Below, piece by piece: positions 61,684 through 64,000 of a stretch of DNA of 64,000 bases; the first letter of the stretch is position 1; each line of letters starts with the position of its first letter. A program made the translations under genes and the position numbers. The notes under the pieces were generated by a model. The model was not told where the DNA came from. It searched no databases and saw nothing but the letters and a program-made list of their open reading frames with translations. The stretch is from an uncultured Candidatus Binatia bacterium (lineage in GTDB: Bacteria; Desulfobacterota; Binatia; UBA9968; CAXXLF01), in contig OZ244621.1 in the NCBI GenBank assembly GCA_965218425.1, positions 128,001 to 192,000 of the forward strand, read 5' to 3'.

Positions 61684-64000
61684 ATGACGCCGGGCGAGTT
61701 CATTGCCAAATGGCGGGCATCGGAGCTAAAGGAGCGCTCGGCGTCACAGGAGCACTTCATCGACCTGTGCCGGCTGCTGGACGAGCCGACGCCGGCCGAA
61801 GCCGACCCGACCGGCGAGCATTACTGCTTCGAGCGCGGCGCCCGGAAAGACGGCGGCGGCGACGGCTGGGCCGACGTGTGGAAGCGGCACCGCTTCGCCT
61901 GGGAGTACAAGGGCAAGCACGCGGACCTCGACGCGGCCTTCAACCAGTTGCGGCAATACGCGCTTGCACTGGAGAACCCGCCGTTGCTGATCGTCTCGGA
62001 CATGGCCCGGTTCCGCATCCGCACCAACTGGACCAACAGCGTCAGCCGGACCCACGAGTTCGACTTGGACGATCTTGCGGATGCGGCCACCCGCGACAGG
62101 CTCAAGTGGGCGATGTCCGACCCCGAGCGCCTGCGCCCCGGCGAGAGCCGGCAGGCGCTGACCGAACGCGCGGCGGCGACCTTCGCATTGCTGGCGCAGT
62201 CGTTGCGGGAGCACGGCCACGAGCCGCAGGCAGTGGCGCATTTCGTGAACCGTCTTGTGTTCTGCATGTTCGTCGAGGATGTGGGCCTGCTGCCCGACAA
62301 CATGTTCACCCGGATGCTGGAACAAGGGCGAAAGCGGCCCGGGGACTTCGCCGTCATGGCGCGGGATCTGTTCGGGGCGATGTCCACCGGAGGCCGGATC
62401 GGGTTCGAAGCGGTGGCATGGTTCAACGGCGGGCTGTTCGACGACGACACCGCCTTGCCCCTGGACAAGGCGGAGATCGAGACAACGCTCAAGGCGGCGG
62501 CGCTCGACTGGTCGGAGATCGACCCTTCGATCCTGGGCACGCTGTTCGAGCGCGGGCTCGACCCGGACAAGCGCTCGCAGCTTGGAGCTCATTACACCGA
62601 CCGGGACAAGATCATGCGGATCGTCGAGCCCGTGATCATCCGCCCCTGGCTCGCCGAATGGGAAAAGACAAAGGCCGAGGTCGCCGCGGTCCTTGAACGG
62701 GCGGATGCGGCCAAGCCGAAGGCGGCGGCGACTCGACAGCGGGGGCAGGCGAAACGGCTACTGCGTGTTTTCCTCGAACGGCTGCGGGAGTTCACCGTGC
62801 TCGACCCCGCCTGCGGCTCGGGCAACTTCCTCTATCTCGCGCTGCACGCGCTCAAGGACCTGGAGCACCGGGTGCAACTGGAGGCCGAGGCGATGGGCCT
62901 CGAGCGGGCGTTTCCGGCGGTAGGTCCGGCCAACGTCAAGGGGATCGAGATCAACGCCTATGCGGCGGAATTGGCCCGCGTATCGGTCTGGATCGGCGAC
63001 ATACAATGGATGCGTCGCAACGGGTTCAACGAATCGCGCAATCCGATCCTCAAGCCGCTTGACACCATCGAATGCCTTGATGCGATCCTCGCACCCGACG
63101 GAAGCGAGCCGAAATGGCCGAAGGCTGATGTCGTGATCGGCAACCCGCCGTTTCTCGGGGATCGGGTTATGCGGGATGGCCTCGGCCACGAATACACTGA
63201 ATGTTTGCGCCGTGCTTATCGAGGTTCGGTTCCCGCATCCGCTGATCTTGTCTGCTACTGGTTCCATAAGGTTGGCGAGTTAGTAGCCCGAAGCAAGATC
63301 GCCCGCGCCGGTCTCGTCGCGACGAACTCGATCCGAGGCGGAAACAATCGAGCGGTTCTCGACAGGATCGTCGACGACAGTGCTATTTTCGACGCTTGGT
63401 CGGACGAACCCTGGGTTATTGATGGTGCCGCCGTCCGGGTCTCGCTGATTTGCTTCGCCCCCAAGAGCACGGGCCTCCCCGTCTTTCTGAACGGCGCGGA
63501 AACAGCCCATGTTCACGCCGACCTCACGGAAGGGGGCATCGACCTTACGCGGGCGTCGGGATTGACCGAAAACCGGTCCACCGCATTCCTGGGGGTCAAC
63601 AAGAACGGTTCGTTCGATATTCCCGGCGACGTTGCGCGGAAATGGTTGCGGCTTCCCGCCAACCCGACCGGACGCCAGAATGCCGATGTTTTGAAACCCA
63701 GGATCAACGGCATGGACCTGACACGACGTTTCTCCGATCAATGGATCATCGACTTCGGTTCCTCCATGACCGAGGCGGAAGCCGCGCTTTATGAAGAGCC
63801 ATTCGCGCATGTTGTGGAGCATGTGAAGCCGGTGCGGGCGAGCAATCGGATCAAAGCGCTCAGGGATGAGTGGTGGCGGCACTGGCGCACCCGGCCGGCG
63901 ATGTGGCGGGCCGTAGACGGCATGGCGCGCTTCATCGCCACGCCGACAGTGGCAAAGCATCGACTGTTCGCCTGGTTCGACGCCCGCATCTGTCCGGATC
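61684..64000 (+). CDS. MmeI-like fused restriction endonuclease-N6A methyltransferase (Type IIL/IIG), 3' end beyond the window
   Basis: Manual translation MTPGEFIAKW..ERSASQEHF..GWADVWK..WEYK, FNGGLF, GAHYT, DPACGSGNF, GNPPF; missing from the ORF track. Confidence 0.92.
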   Translation, partial: MTPGEFIAKWRASELKERSASQEHFIDLCRLLDEPTPAEADPTGEHYCFERGARKDGGGDGWADVWKRHRFAWEYKGKHADLDAAFNQLRQYALALENPPLLIVSDMARFRIRTNWTNSVSRTHEFDLDDLADAATRDRLKWAMSDPERLRPGESRQALTERAAATFALLAQSLREHGHEPQAVAHFVNRLVFCMFVEDVGLLPDNMFTRMLEQGRKRPGDFAVMARDLFGAMSTGGRIGFEAVAWFNGGLFDDDTALPLDKAEIETTLKAAALDWSEIDPSILGTLFERGLDPDKRSQLGAHYTDRDKIMRIVEPVIIRPWLAEWEKTKAEVAAVLERADAAKPKAAATRQRGQAKRLLRVFLERLREFTVLDPACGSGNFLYLALHALKDLEHRVQLEAEAMGLERAFPAVGPANVKGIEINAYAAELARVSVWIGDIQWMRRNGFNESRNPILKPLDTIECLDAILAPDGSEPKWPKADVVIGNPPFLGDRVMRDGLGHEYTECLRRAYRGSVPASADLVCYWFHKVGELVARSKIARAGLVATNSIRGGNNRAVLDRIVDDSAIFDAWSDEPWVIDGAAVRVSLICFAPKSTGLPVFLNGAETAHVHADLTEGGIDLTRASGLTENRSTAFLGVNKNGSFDIPGDVARKWLRLPANPTGRQNADVLKPRINGMDLTRRFSDQWIIDFGSSMTEAEAALYEEPFAHVVEHVKPVRASNRIKALRDEWWRHWRTRPAMWRAVDGMARFIATPTVAKHRLFAWFDARICPD

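Noticed and set aside
61620..63989. Several medium ORFs listed in the track
   Set aside because: All are alternate frames of the MmeI-like gene starting at 61684

Overview
Bacterial accessory and catabolic region with no rRNA, tRNA or CRISPR array. The gene style (many Amidohydro_2 enzymes, bicupins, orphan solute-binding proteins) resembles Ca. Binatia-like deltaproteobacteria; this is inference only. In order: (1) a moeA / moeA-PBP / TAXI-like operon converging on a dienelactone hydrolase / HmgA-like / 4Fe-4S / AOR operon; (2) small genes mixed with decayed fragments (Ddn, DUF2892, patatin; an MgtC fragment lies at the window start); (3) amidase, UbiD, GST and esterase genes; (4) a partly decayed phthalate-type aromatic cluster (PhtC-like, TPP enzyme, dihydrodiol dehydrogenase, Rieske remnant) with three bicupin paralogs and a frameshifted MBL-fold gene; (5) a GC-rich liv ABC cassette; (6) two direct IS630 copies bracketing 9.65 kb with two SBP+permease pairs, an amidohydrolase and a pair of heme-oxygenase-like (HDO) proteins; (7) more amidohydrolases and a cysteine-dioxygenase-like gene; (8) a copper amine oxidase flanked by two inverted ~216-bp IS110-derived mini-elements; (9) a MORN-repeat gene, an IstB remnant and a MmeI-like restriction-modification gene running off the end. 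Best novelty candidates are the intact-plus-degenerate HDO pair in the IS630 bracket, the IS110 mini-element pair, the signal-less TAXI protein in the Moco/Wco operon, and the bicupin aromatic pathway. All calls are by motif recognition; no searches were run.
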